24,607 nucleotides of DNA, taken from Myxococcota bacterium. Its GTDB lineage: Bacteria > Myxococcota_A > SURF-8 > G963663525. Below, one piece after another: positions 17,291 through 24,607 of the stretch. The stretch spans positions 1 to 24,607 of the forward strand of contig CAXXVK010000005.1 of NCBI GenBank assembly GCA_963676915.2, written 5' to 3'. The position numbers were made by a program, and so were the translations under genes. The stretch's first letter is position 1. Each line of letters starts with the position of its first letter. Below the pieces are notes generated by a model. The model was not told where the DNA came from, searched no databases, and was given only the letters and a program-made list of their open reading frames with translations.

Positions 17291-18331
17291 TTACGGTTTA
17301 TTCTTTCTTTTGCGGGACCGTCGGTGGCTTTCGTCTCTTGGGGACGTATGCCATTCGATGTCTTCGGTTTCAGATCGTTTCGACTGTTTTTTTCTCGTTC
17401 CTGTCGCTTTGGTTCCGGTTTTTCCCGTTTTTGGTGCATTTCTCGTGGCGGACGTGGGTCGGGGGCGCTTCTTCATAGGATGTGACGATCTGGGAGCCGT
17501 TTTTTTCGGTGGCGCTTCCTCTTCACGTTGCATCGGGTTGGGGTCGATATCGATATCGTGTACCAGCCCCGCGAGGCTTCGTAACTCGTGAATTTCTCCG
17601 AGGTCTAACGGTCGGTATTGTCCCGGAAGCAATCCTTCGAGACTCAAGGTAGCGAATCGGATTCGTTTGATTTTCAAACAAGTGGCGTCCACGGCTTCCA
17701 ACATACGTTTAATTTGCCGGTTCCGTCCTTCGTTGAGAATAAACAGATACCAATTGTTCATTCGGGTGGAACGCACCGGTTCCACGATGCAGGGTTTCGT
17801 CAAGCCATCGCCGATATCGACGCCTTCGCCAAGACGAAACAGTTGGTCTTGGGTCAGTCTTCCTTTGACCTTGACTTCGTATTCCTTCACCACATGCCGG
17901 GAAGGGTGTGTAAGGGCGTGGACGAGTTCGCCGTCATTGGTCATCAACAACGCACCTTCGGAATCCCAGTCCAGTCTTCCCGCACTGAAGAGGCGACGCT
18001 TTTCATTGATCAGAGAAAAAACGGTTGGACGACCTACTTCGTCCTTGGCGGAAACGATGGTTCCCGGCGGCTTATATAAAAGATAATATACCTTCTTTTC
18101 CGCTTGCACGCCTTGGCCATCGACACTGATGCGTGCATGTTCGGGGTCCACCTTCAAACCCAGTTCCGTAACCACTTTGTTGTTGACTTTGACTTTTCCC
18201 TGCAAAATCAAACGTTCGGCTTCGCGGCGCGAGCAGATCCCGGCGGCTGCAATCACTTTTTGGAGCCGAACCAGTCGGGATTCATCGACAGGCGGTTTTT
18301 TGCGCCTGCGTGTTATCGGTTTTTTATTCAT
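17291..18331 (-). CDS. rluB: 23S rRNA pseudouridine synthase (RluB/RsuA family) with basic C-terminal tail
   Basis: S4 domain RLQKVIAAAGICSRREAE, LYKP.G, catalytic GRLDWDSEG, EGRNRQIKRM. Start reassigned to ATG at 18331, which overlaps the scpB stop (ATGAATAA). scpAB-rluB synteny. Confidence 0.9.
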   Translation of the reverse strand: MNKKPITRRRKKPPVDESRLVRLQKVIAAAGICSRREAERLILQGKVKVNNKVVTELGLKVDPEHARISVDGQGVQAEKKVYYLLYKPPGTIVSAKDEVGRPTVFSLINEKRRLFSAGRLDWDSEGALLMTNDGELVHALTHPSRHVVKEYEVKVKGRLTQDQLFRLGEGVDIGDGLTKPCIVEPVRSTRMNNWYLFILNEGRNRQIKRMLEAVDATCLKIKRIRFATLSLEGLLPGQYRPLDLGEIHELRSLAGLVHDIDIDPNPMQREEEAPPKKTAPRSSHPMKKRPRPTSATRNAPKTGKTGTKATGTRKKQSKRSETEDIEWHTSPRDESHRRSRKRKNKP

Positions 18332-19721
18332 CGGTTGGAAAATCGCTTTCGTTGGAATCCGGGGTTGGGGAAGATTCGGCGTTTTCGTCTTTTTCTTCCT
18401 CTGGAGACTCCCGGAAATTTTTAAGAGTGGAATCGGCCAGTTGCACCACATCTCCGAGACCTTCGGCGGCTTTCTCCAACTCAGCCATGGTTTCGGTTGT
18501 ATCGGCAGCGCCGAACTGTGCGCCATCGAACAGGGTATCAACCTCTTCTTCTTCCTCGCGGCCGAATGTGGAATCAATACGGGCTTGATGTTCTTCGGTC
18601 AATTCCTGAAATTCGGAAAGGGTCGGCAGGTCTTTGAGGGAACGCAGGTTGAAAAACTCCAGGAATTCCTTGGAGGTTCCGTAAATCAACGGTCGTCCCG
18701 GTTCCTCTCGCTTGCCTAAAACGCGAACGAGACGCGCATCCAGCAGGTTTTTGAGCACACCGCCTACGTCAACGCCACGGATGTCCTCGATTTCGGCCCG
18801 GACAACCGGTTGACGGTAGGCGATAATCGCCAGGGTTTCCAAGGCCGGTTTGGACAATCGTGTGGGTTTTACCTGAAGCAAGCGTTGGACATATTTAGAG
18901 AATTTCGTATCCGTGCGGAGCTGCAAGCCTTCACCGACTTCAATCAGATGAAAGCCCATGCCTTCCTTGCCGTAGTCTTCCAGCAATTCGTCAATGGCTT
19001 CCCGAATGGTTCCGCCGCCGACTTCTTCCAGCACGTTTCGTATCGTTTTGATCGGTAACACTTTTCCATGAGCGAATACCAACGACATCAGAATCGGTTT
19101 CAGATTATCGCGTATCTCCCGGCTACCGTCATCCAGCAGGAACGGTTCCTGATCGCCTCCGTTGTTGCTTTCCGGGGGCGGTACTTCCGTTGCTGAAGCT
19201 TTCACTACGGGAGGTTGTTCCGTGATCGAATGTTCTTCCTCGGGTTCACTTTCTGGAGAAACGTTTTCAATGAAAGAATCCTTGTCCGGGGAAACTTCCG
19301 GGGAGGCTTCCGTCTCTGTGGAAGTTTCCGTATCTTGTGAAGCGGGTTCTTTCTGGGAATAGGTTTCGAGGTCGGATTCTTCCTGGATGGGATTCTCTAA
19401 TGGAAGTTCTTCGGATAGCGGTTCAGGTTTCTCTTTGATGGAATACCCGGGAATTTCATGGTGTTGCGCTGAAATTCGTAGCGTGCTCGACGTGGTTTCG
19501 TATTCCGGCTCCCGGCGTTTTTTCGTGGATAACGGCATCGACGGTTCAAGTTTGGAACCGCCCATCGTGAAGAATCTCGTTCCAAACGGTTGTCCCAATT
19601 GACGAATGGTCGAAAAATAGTTCCATCCCTGTCGGAAAAACAATTGCCTGAGGTATTCCAGACCCGATTGGATCGTTTTACGTTGTGAAGCCAGTAGCTT
19701 GGATTGCGGGGAATTCCACAT
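18324..19721 (-). CDS. scpB: SMC-Scp complex subunit ScpB with long acidic N- and C-terminal extensions
   Basis: LSKPALETLAIIAYRQPVVRAEIEDIRGVD, PGRPLIYGTSKEFLEFFNL.SL.DLP. Start uncertain (19733, 19721 with GGAGG, or the later MPLSTKK). Confidence 0.9.
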   Translation of the reverse strand: MWNSPQSKLLASQRKTIQSGLEYLRQLFFRQGWNYFSTIRQLGQPFGTRFFTMGGSKLEPSMPLSTKKRREPEYETTSSTLRISAQHHEIPGYSIKEKPEPLSEELPLENPIQEESDLETYSQKEPASQDTETSTETEASPEVSPDKDSFIENVSPESEPEEEHSITEQPPVVKASATEVPPPESNNGGDQEPFLLDDGSREIRDNLKPILMSLVFAHGKVLPIKTIRNVLEEVGGGTIREAIDELLEDYGKEGMGFHLIEVGEGLQLRTDTKFSKYVQRLLQVKPTRLSKPALETLAIIAYRQPVVRAEIEDIRGVDVGGVLKNLLDARLVRVLGKREEPGRPLIYGTSKEFLEFFNLRSLKDLPTLSEFQELTEEHQARIDSTFGREEEEEVDTLFDGAQFGAADTTETMAELEKAAEGLGDVVQLADSTLKNFRESPEEEKDENAESSPTPDSNESDFPTDE

Positions 19722-19825
19722 GATCCTCCCCATTCCTTTCTTTCAGTCCTGTCCAAGACCACTTTACTCAATGTCGCTCGGACCGTCCATGCCTTTTTAC
19801 GATATGTTGACCTAAGGATAGATCT

Positions 19826-20707
19826 CTATTCTGAAAAATCCATGGAGGTCTGAGCCGATCCCATGTTTTCGAGGATGCGGTCCAGTTCTTCATCGGACGG
19901 GGCGTCGTCGCGCAACGTCAGATAGATTTCGTTGCGATTCTCCACGTTTTGATAGATTCGCAGGACTTTCAGCCGCGTAAGTTCTAAAAATGCCAGGAAA
20001 ACCGCGACGACTTCCGACCGGGTATGGTTTTGGGAGCAGGCTTCGGCCAGTGTAAAACTTCGTTTGGTTCGCAGCACTTTGCGAATATCTGCGATTTTTT
20101 CCTCAACACTGACAGGTTGCGTCAGAACCTGATGGATTCCGGGCTGGCTGGCCTTGGAAAGCAGATCCCGAAACACTTCGATCAACGTGAAAACGCCGAC
20201 CTCTTCCAACTCGACTTCTTCCTGCTCGGTACTCAATTCCCGAGAAGGCGGTTTGGTAAACACGTCTCGTCCCAGCAATGGACGTTCGGCGAGCGTGTCG
20301 GCGGCACTACGATACTTCTGGTATTCCAACAGACGACGAATAAGTTCCTCACGGGGATCGAGTTCTTCTTCCTGATCCTCATCATCCTCGTTTTCTTCCG
20401 GCGGGAGCAGCATTTTCGACTTGATATGTGCCAAGGTGGCCGCCATCACGAGGAAGTCCCCAGCTACATCCAGGTTCAAAAGCTGCATGGTTTCGATGTA
20501 ATCCAGGTATTCTTCGGTAATCGAGGCGATGGGGATTTCGAAAATTTCAAGCTCGTGTTTGCGGATCAAATGCAGCAGTAGATCCATAGGACCGCAAAAA
20601 TTTTCCAACTCCACGAGATAGACACCCGCATCGGTTTCACCGATCGAGCCTAGGATTTCCTCGTTCGGGGAGGCTGCTTCGCCTTTTTTGCCGGGTTGTT
20701 CGTCCAC
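19826..20707 (-). CDS. scpA: Segregation and condensation protein ScpA (kleisin)
   Basis: FCGPMDLLLHLI, AGDFLVMAATLAHIKSKMLLP, DPREELIRRLLEY, FLAFLEL. Start reassigned to GTG at 20707 after AAGGAGGAGG. Confidence 0.92.
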   Translation of the reverse strand: MDEQPGKKGEAASPNEEILGSIGETDAGVYLVELENFCGPMDLLLHLIRKHELEIFEIPIASITEEYLDYIETMQLLNLDVAGDFLVMAATLAHIKSKMLLPPEENEDDEDQEEELDPREELIRRLLEYQKYRSAADTLAERPLLGRDVFTKPPSRELSTEQEEVELEEVGVFTLIEVFRDLLSKASQPGIHQVLTQPVSVEEKIADIRKVLRTKRSFTLAEACSQNHTRSEVVAVFLAFLELTRLKVLRIYQNVENRNEIYLTLRDDAPSDEELDRILENMGSAQTSMDFSE

Positions 20708-20887
20708 CGCCTCCTCCTTTTCGTCGTAAGACTCGTTTTTCGGGTGATCTTGGTGATGAAAATTCGTTTCGAAACCTTGAATTGGCACCGTAACCCAGTC
20801 TTGATTGCTTGGCAAGGTAAGGTTTGAAAAGCAGGCGGAGTTAGCGTATTTCCTTTGTGCACCAAACATCATTTTCGATAGACAAAC

Positions 20888-20915
20888 TTGCTTTTCCTAT
20901 GAAAATCGTTACAAT
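20888..20915 (+). promoter_or_regulatory. Candidate sigma70 promoter for the 20963 lipoprotein
   Basis: TTGCTT-16 bp-TACAAT. Confidence 0.3.
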
Positions 20916-20962
20916 TTTAGCGTTTCAACTCATTGTTTTCATTTTTACAAACAGGGGGAGAG

Positions 20963-22099
20963 ATGCGACTCATCCATTCAAACCTGCTTTTGGCCTTGAT
21001 GTTGCTGTCATTTTTCACAATACCGGCCTGTACCGGTTCGGAAAGTGACGTAGAAAAAACCGTTGCCAACATTACCGTTGGATTCAAAGCACCGAGCGTC
21101 AATCCGAGAGCGCTGGCCAGTTTCGACCAGATCGCTTATGTAATGATCGATATTCAACCGGCCGATGTTCAACGGTCCTTGACCGATGCGGTAGACGAGA
21201 CGTTTTCCACCGTCGTAGCGATTCCCTATGGAAGTCAAACGTTTACAGCGACGGCGTATGATTACGATGACGAAATTATCGGTGAAGGCGAATCGACCGT
21301 TACCATCGAAGACGGCGGACCGACCGATATTTTCATCTACATTCTCGACACTACCGGACCGCCGGACATTCCGCATTCCGGGCCATTGATTCAGGCAATC
21401 GTTGCATCCTCAACGGCAGCCAACGTGGGAGATCCTATCGATCTGCAAGTCCAGTGGATCGCTCCCGATCCTGCCGGTCCGATCACCTTCCAGTGGTCCG
21501 ATGATTGCAGTGCCAATACTTTCAGTGCTTCTACTGCCGAAAGTACCGAATGGACCGGTGTTACTGCCGGAACCTGCAACATTACGGTTCTCGTCTCGGA
21601 CGGCGAATTGTCCGATCAGGAAAGCATCGAAATCACACTGTTCGAAAGCGGTACGCAATACGAAAACGTTACCGTAGAATCCGGCTTTTTGCCGAATCCG
21701 TACATTTATTACCTCTCGTTTTACGGCGGAGCGGAACCGCTCGATATTTTCAGCTTCGGTCTGTATCGGGTAACCGAAGATGGCCATCTGGCACGCAGAA
21801 TAGCTCCCGATCCGTTGATTCACGGAAGCAATCCCATCGTTGTATACGGCGATCTCGTGGGTGAAGGACTTTCCAGCGGTCAGTTGACGTTTTCAGACAA
21901 CTGTGGCGGCGTAACACGAGATGTTGAACTGAATGACAGTGATTTCACGGTGGATTGGTATATTCCGCCCGTAGCGGAGGGAGGCACTCTGTGTACTCTC
22001 ACCTTCGAATTCGAGTACCTCGGCATGACCGATAGTTGGGATATCTATGCCTTCTTCGAGTCTGGATATACGGGAAGCTGGCCGCCTCCCGCCGATTGA
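20963..22099 (+). CDS. Acidic lipoprotein with Ig-like/PKD-like domains (myxobacterial-type)
   Basis: GGGGAG RBS before ATG at 20963; lipobox IPAC; Ig-like segment PLIQAIVASS...DP...ITFQWS...TEWT...ITVLVSDG. Confidence 0.72.
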   Translation: MRLIHSNLLLALMLLSFFTIPACTGSESDVEKTVANITVGFKAPSVNPRALASFDQIAYVMIDIQPADVQRSLTDAVDETFSTVVAIPYGSQTFTATAYDYDDEIIGEGESTVTIEDGGPTDIFIYILDTTGPPDIPHSGPLIQAIVASSTAANVGDPIDLQVQWIAPDPAGPITFQWSDDCSANTFSASTAESTEWTGVTAGTCNITVLVSDGELSDQESIEITLFESGTQYENVTVESGFLPNPYIYYLSFYGGAEPLDIFSFGLYRVTEDGHLARRIAPDPLIHGSNPIVVYGDLVGEGLSSGQLTFSDNCGGVTRDVELNDSDFTVDWYIPPVAEGGTLCTLTFEFEYLGMTDSWDIYAFFESGYTGSWPPPAD

Positions 22100-22120
22100 C
22101 AAAGAATAGATACAGAGTTT

Positions 22121-22162
22121 AAACGCCTGTCGGGAACGTTTTCCCCGACAGGCGTTTTTTTT
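22121..22162. terminator. Intrinsic terminator between convergent genes (probably bidirectional)
   Basis: 14-bp perfect stem AAACGCCTGTCGGG/CCCGACAGGCGTTT, 9-nt loop, T8 tract on +. Confidence 0.88.
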
Positions 22163-22186
22163 GTGTTTTGGATAGAGATCTTTCCG

Positions 22187-24607
22187 TTATTGCGCGACAC
22201 AGTAGAAATTGACGCAAGTTTTACCGCTGGGACAGTTGCCACAGTTTTCGGTGCATCCGTTACGGCTGCGGCCGCATTCCTGATTGTCGCAGTCCTTGCT
22301 GCTGCTCGTGAAGTGCACACAATGCCCGTTTCCATCGCATTCGTCGTAGGTGCAGGAATTGTCGTCGGAGGTGCAATGGGTCTCGGCGTCTTTGTCCGGA
22401 TGTCTGCATTGTCCGCTGCTGCATTCGTTGTAGGTGCATGGATTTCCATCGGAATAACAAGAGGTTCCGTTGCTGACTGCTGGATAATAGCAGTTGCCGG
22501 TAGACGTATTGCAACGGTTGTAGGTACACTCGTTGCTATCGTTGCAGGTTTTGGGATCGAAACCTTTACAATAACCGTTGTAGCACCAGTCCGTCAGGGT
22601 ACAGGCGTTGCCGTCGTCGCAGGAAGTATTTGAACTGGTATTCCCTGGATAATACGGTTTGGCTGGGTGATAGCACATGCCGGTTCGACAATAATCTTTC
22701 GTGCAGATGTTGCCGTCGTCGGTACAGGTTTCGCTGGTTCCATGACGGGAAGTCCATGCCGTTTGCACGAGTTCAGGTAAACATATTTGGCATTCGTTAT
22801 CTTGCCGAAGGTCGTCTTGCTCGTAACATGTCAAGCCGATCAGACATTTGTCTTCGTGAATCGGATGAATGCAGGCTTGCGTCAAGGGATCGCAGATATC
22901 GTGTGTACAGTCGTATTCGTCTTCACTACAACCTTTGGTGCATATTCCTTCCAGACAGAAGCAATTTCCCTCAGGACAATGTTCTGGCATTTGCAGGCGA
23001 CAATCGGCATTTGTTTCGCACTGGCAGGATTCGGAGGGATTGGTGCTTTTGTAATAGCACGGGAAATAGTCGTGTTTTATCGGGTAGTTGGCGTCATTCG
23101 GGTCGCAGTAGTCGTAGGTGCAGCCGTTGCCGTCGTCCACATCCCAGCCCTCACCGGTACAGACGGCTTGCCCGTCTATCAGCTGGCAGGTGTCGTTTCG
23201 GGTGCATTCCGATCCGTCGTTACAGTAAGTCCCTTCCAAAACGTCATGCGTGCATAAACCCGAATCGGGATCGCAGGCGTCTTGCGTGCAGGAATTACCG
23301 TCGTCACAGTTTTTATCGACCGTTCCGACGCATTCGCCGAAAACATCGCAGGCTGAGGCTACCGTGCACGGGTCGTCATCCACGCAGGGTTGATCCACCA
23401 TTGTATCGTAACGACAAGGATTTTCCGGGTCGGAGCCATCACAGTAATCCGAGGTGCAGGGGTTTCCGTCATCGCATTCGGCGTTATAGCCTGGGTGACA
23501 GGCTCCCGAGGAACAGTAATCCGTCGTTGTGCAGCCGTTGAGATCGGTACAGGCGGGAACACAGGCCATCGGAAGGGAGCCTCCTTCGTCAAGCGTTCGT
23601 CCTCCTGCATCCACACAGGCCCAACCATTGCCGGAGGGTGATATTCCGCTGCAATCTCCAGCATCCGTGCAGGACTGGCAGCCATCGAGGTTTGGAAACC
23701 CCGGAGCCAGCGGGTCACAGGCGTAGGTTTCGTGTAGGCACCCACCCTCTACGAATTCGCTGCATCGGTCCAGTGTACACGGGTTGCCGTCGTCGCAGTC
23801 GCGCTCGGCTGCACCTACGCATTTACCGCCTAAATCCTGAATACAGATATCGCATAGCTCGTCTTCGAAACAGCCGGGTTTTGTGGTGCAAATCAACCCG
23901 TCGTCGCAGGGAGTGTTCATGACTACAGGATTGTGATAACAGCCGCCATGGGTAAGACTGCAATCGTCCGTTGTGCATGGATTTCCGTCATCGCAGTCAG
24001 CGGGCAACGTACCCGAAACCCCGATTCCGTTGTTGCAATGATCGCCGTTTGTGCAGACGTTGCCATCGTCATAGGAATTGTCGTCATTTGGAACGGCTGT
24101 ACAGCCGCCTTGGGGATTTCGAGAATCTCCAGGCATCAGGCAGAGTTCATCGGTACAGGGATTGCCATCGTCCATGCAGACTACAGATGGTCCGGCTTGG
24201 CAAGACAATATGCCATCCACCTCGCCACAATATCCCATGTGCGTGCAGATATTTCCATCGTCGCAAACACCGCCGGGATTCGGTTGATGGATACAAGGGT
24301 CGCATTCCTCTTCGGAAACCGAACTGCAATCGACCGATGGATCGCAGTAATCGATAGTGCAGGGGTCATTGTCGTCGCAGTCCCTGACATCGCCCAGACG
24401 GCAATAGCTGTCTTGACAGAAATCCCCGATGGTGCAGATGTTACCGTCATCGCAAGTTCCCGTAATCGGTAGGTTTCGGCAGCCGAGACGAGCTTGGCAG
24501 AAATCTTCGGTGCACTGGTTGTCGTCGTTGCAGTCGAGTTCCTCGCCGTAAATACATTCCCCTTCGGAGCAGAACTCGTAAGGTGTGCACACGATATCGT
24601 CGTCCAG
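22187..24607 (-). CDS. Large Cys-rich repeat protein (CDDGNxCTxDxC; Dictyostelium/CTDC-like repeats), 5' end outside the window
   Basis: Frame open to the window end (LDDDIVCT...); more than 20 C-D-D-[GN]-[ND]-x-C-T-x-D-x-C-like units; C-terminal CxxxxCGxxxxGCxxxCGxC motif. Confidence 0.88.
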   Translation of the reverse strand: MDDDIVCTPYEFCSEGECIYGEELDCNDDNQCTEDFCQARLGCRNLPITGTCDDGNICTIGDFCQDSYCRLGDVRDCDDNDPCTIDYCDPSVDCSSVSEEECDPCIHQPNPGGVCDDGNICTHMGYCGEVDGILSCQAGPSVVCMDDGNPCTDELCLMPGDSRNPQGGCTAVPNDDNSYDDGNVCTNGDHCNNGIGVSGTLPADCDDGNPCTTDDCSLTHGGCYHNPVVMNTPCDDGLICTTKPGCFEDELCDICIQDLGGKCVGAAERDCDDGNPCTLDRCSEFVEGGCLHETYACDPLAPGFPNLDGCQSCTDAGDCSGISPSGNGWACVDAGGRTLDEGGSLPMACVPACTDLNGCTTTDYCSSGACHPGYNAECDDGNPCTSDYCDGSDPENPCRYDTMVDQPCVDDDPCTVASACDVFGECVGTVDKNCDDGNSCTQDACDPDSGLCTHDVLEGTYCNDGSECTRNDTCQLIDGQAVCTGEGWDVDDGNGCTYDYCDPNDANYPIKHDYFPCYYKSTNPSESCQCETNADCRLQMPEHCPEGNCFCLEGICTKGCSEDEYDCTHDICDPLTQACIHPIHEDKCLIGLTCYEQDDLRQDNECQICLPELVQTAWTSRHGTSETCTDDGNICTKDYCRTGMCYHPAKPYYPGNTSSNTSCDDGNACTLTDWCYNGYCKGFDPKTCNDSNECTYNRCNTSTGNCYYPAVSNGTSCYSDGNPCTYNECSSGQCRHPDKDAETHCTSDDNSCTYDECDGNGHCVHFTSSSKDCDNQECGRSRNGCTENCGNCPSGKTCVNFYCVAQ

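Noticed and set aside
18332-18577. N-terminal 82-aa extension of RluB in the ORF track
   Set aside because: Overlaps scpB out of frame; the ATG overlapping the scpB stop is a better start
20708-20872. N-terminal extension of ScpA in the ORF track
   Set aside because: A strong AAGGAGGAGG RBS precedes GTG at 20707; the extension lies in the promoter region
22163-24472. Long + strand ORFs (e.g. 22630..23541, 23933..24472) and other antisense ORFs across the window
   Set aside because: Shadow frames of well-supported opposite-strand genes with biased codon usage; no motifs

Overview
Bacterial chromosomal window of roughly 50-55% GC, probably from an anaerobic delta-proteobacterium or Myxococcota-like organism (inferred from Cys-rich CDDGNxCT-repeat proteins and acidic lipoproteins alongside sulfate-reducer-type redox genes). 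From left to right: a divergent pair of lipoprotein genes; tRNA-Arg(CCG) and tRNA-Val(CAC); an intergenic mosaic of REP-like palindromes; a minus-strand unit (fused double HdrA-like/ferredoxin/MvhD protein, HdrD/DsrK-like Fe-S protein, ankyrin protein, SAM methyltransferase) transcribed divergently from tmcD-tmcC-tmcB-like genes with no tmcA; a minus-strand run scpA-scpB-rluB, AidB-like acyl-CoA dehydrogenase, exported protein, membrane/spermidine-synthase-like/TPR protein; an Ig-like lipoprotein; and the 3' part of a large Cys-rich repeat protein. The main candidates for novelty are the cytochrome-less Tmc plus fused Hdr/Qmo-like redox island, two apparent pseudo-enzymes in one operon, a tRNA-Arg with a tRNA-Val-like body, and the REP/REPIN mosaic. 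All family assignments come from motif recognition by eye; no searches were run.
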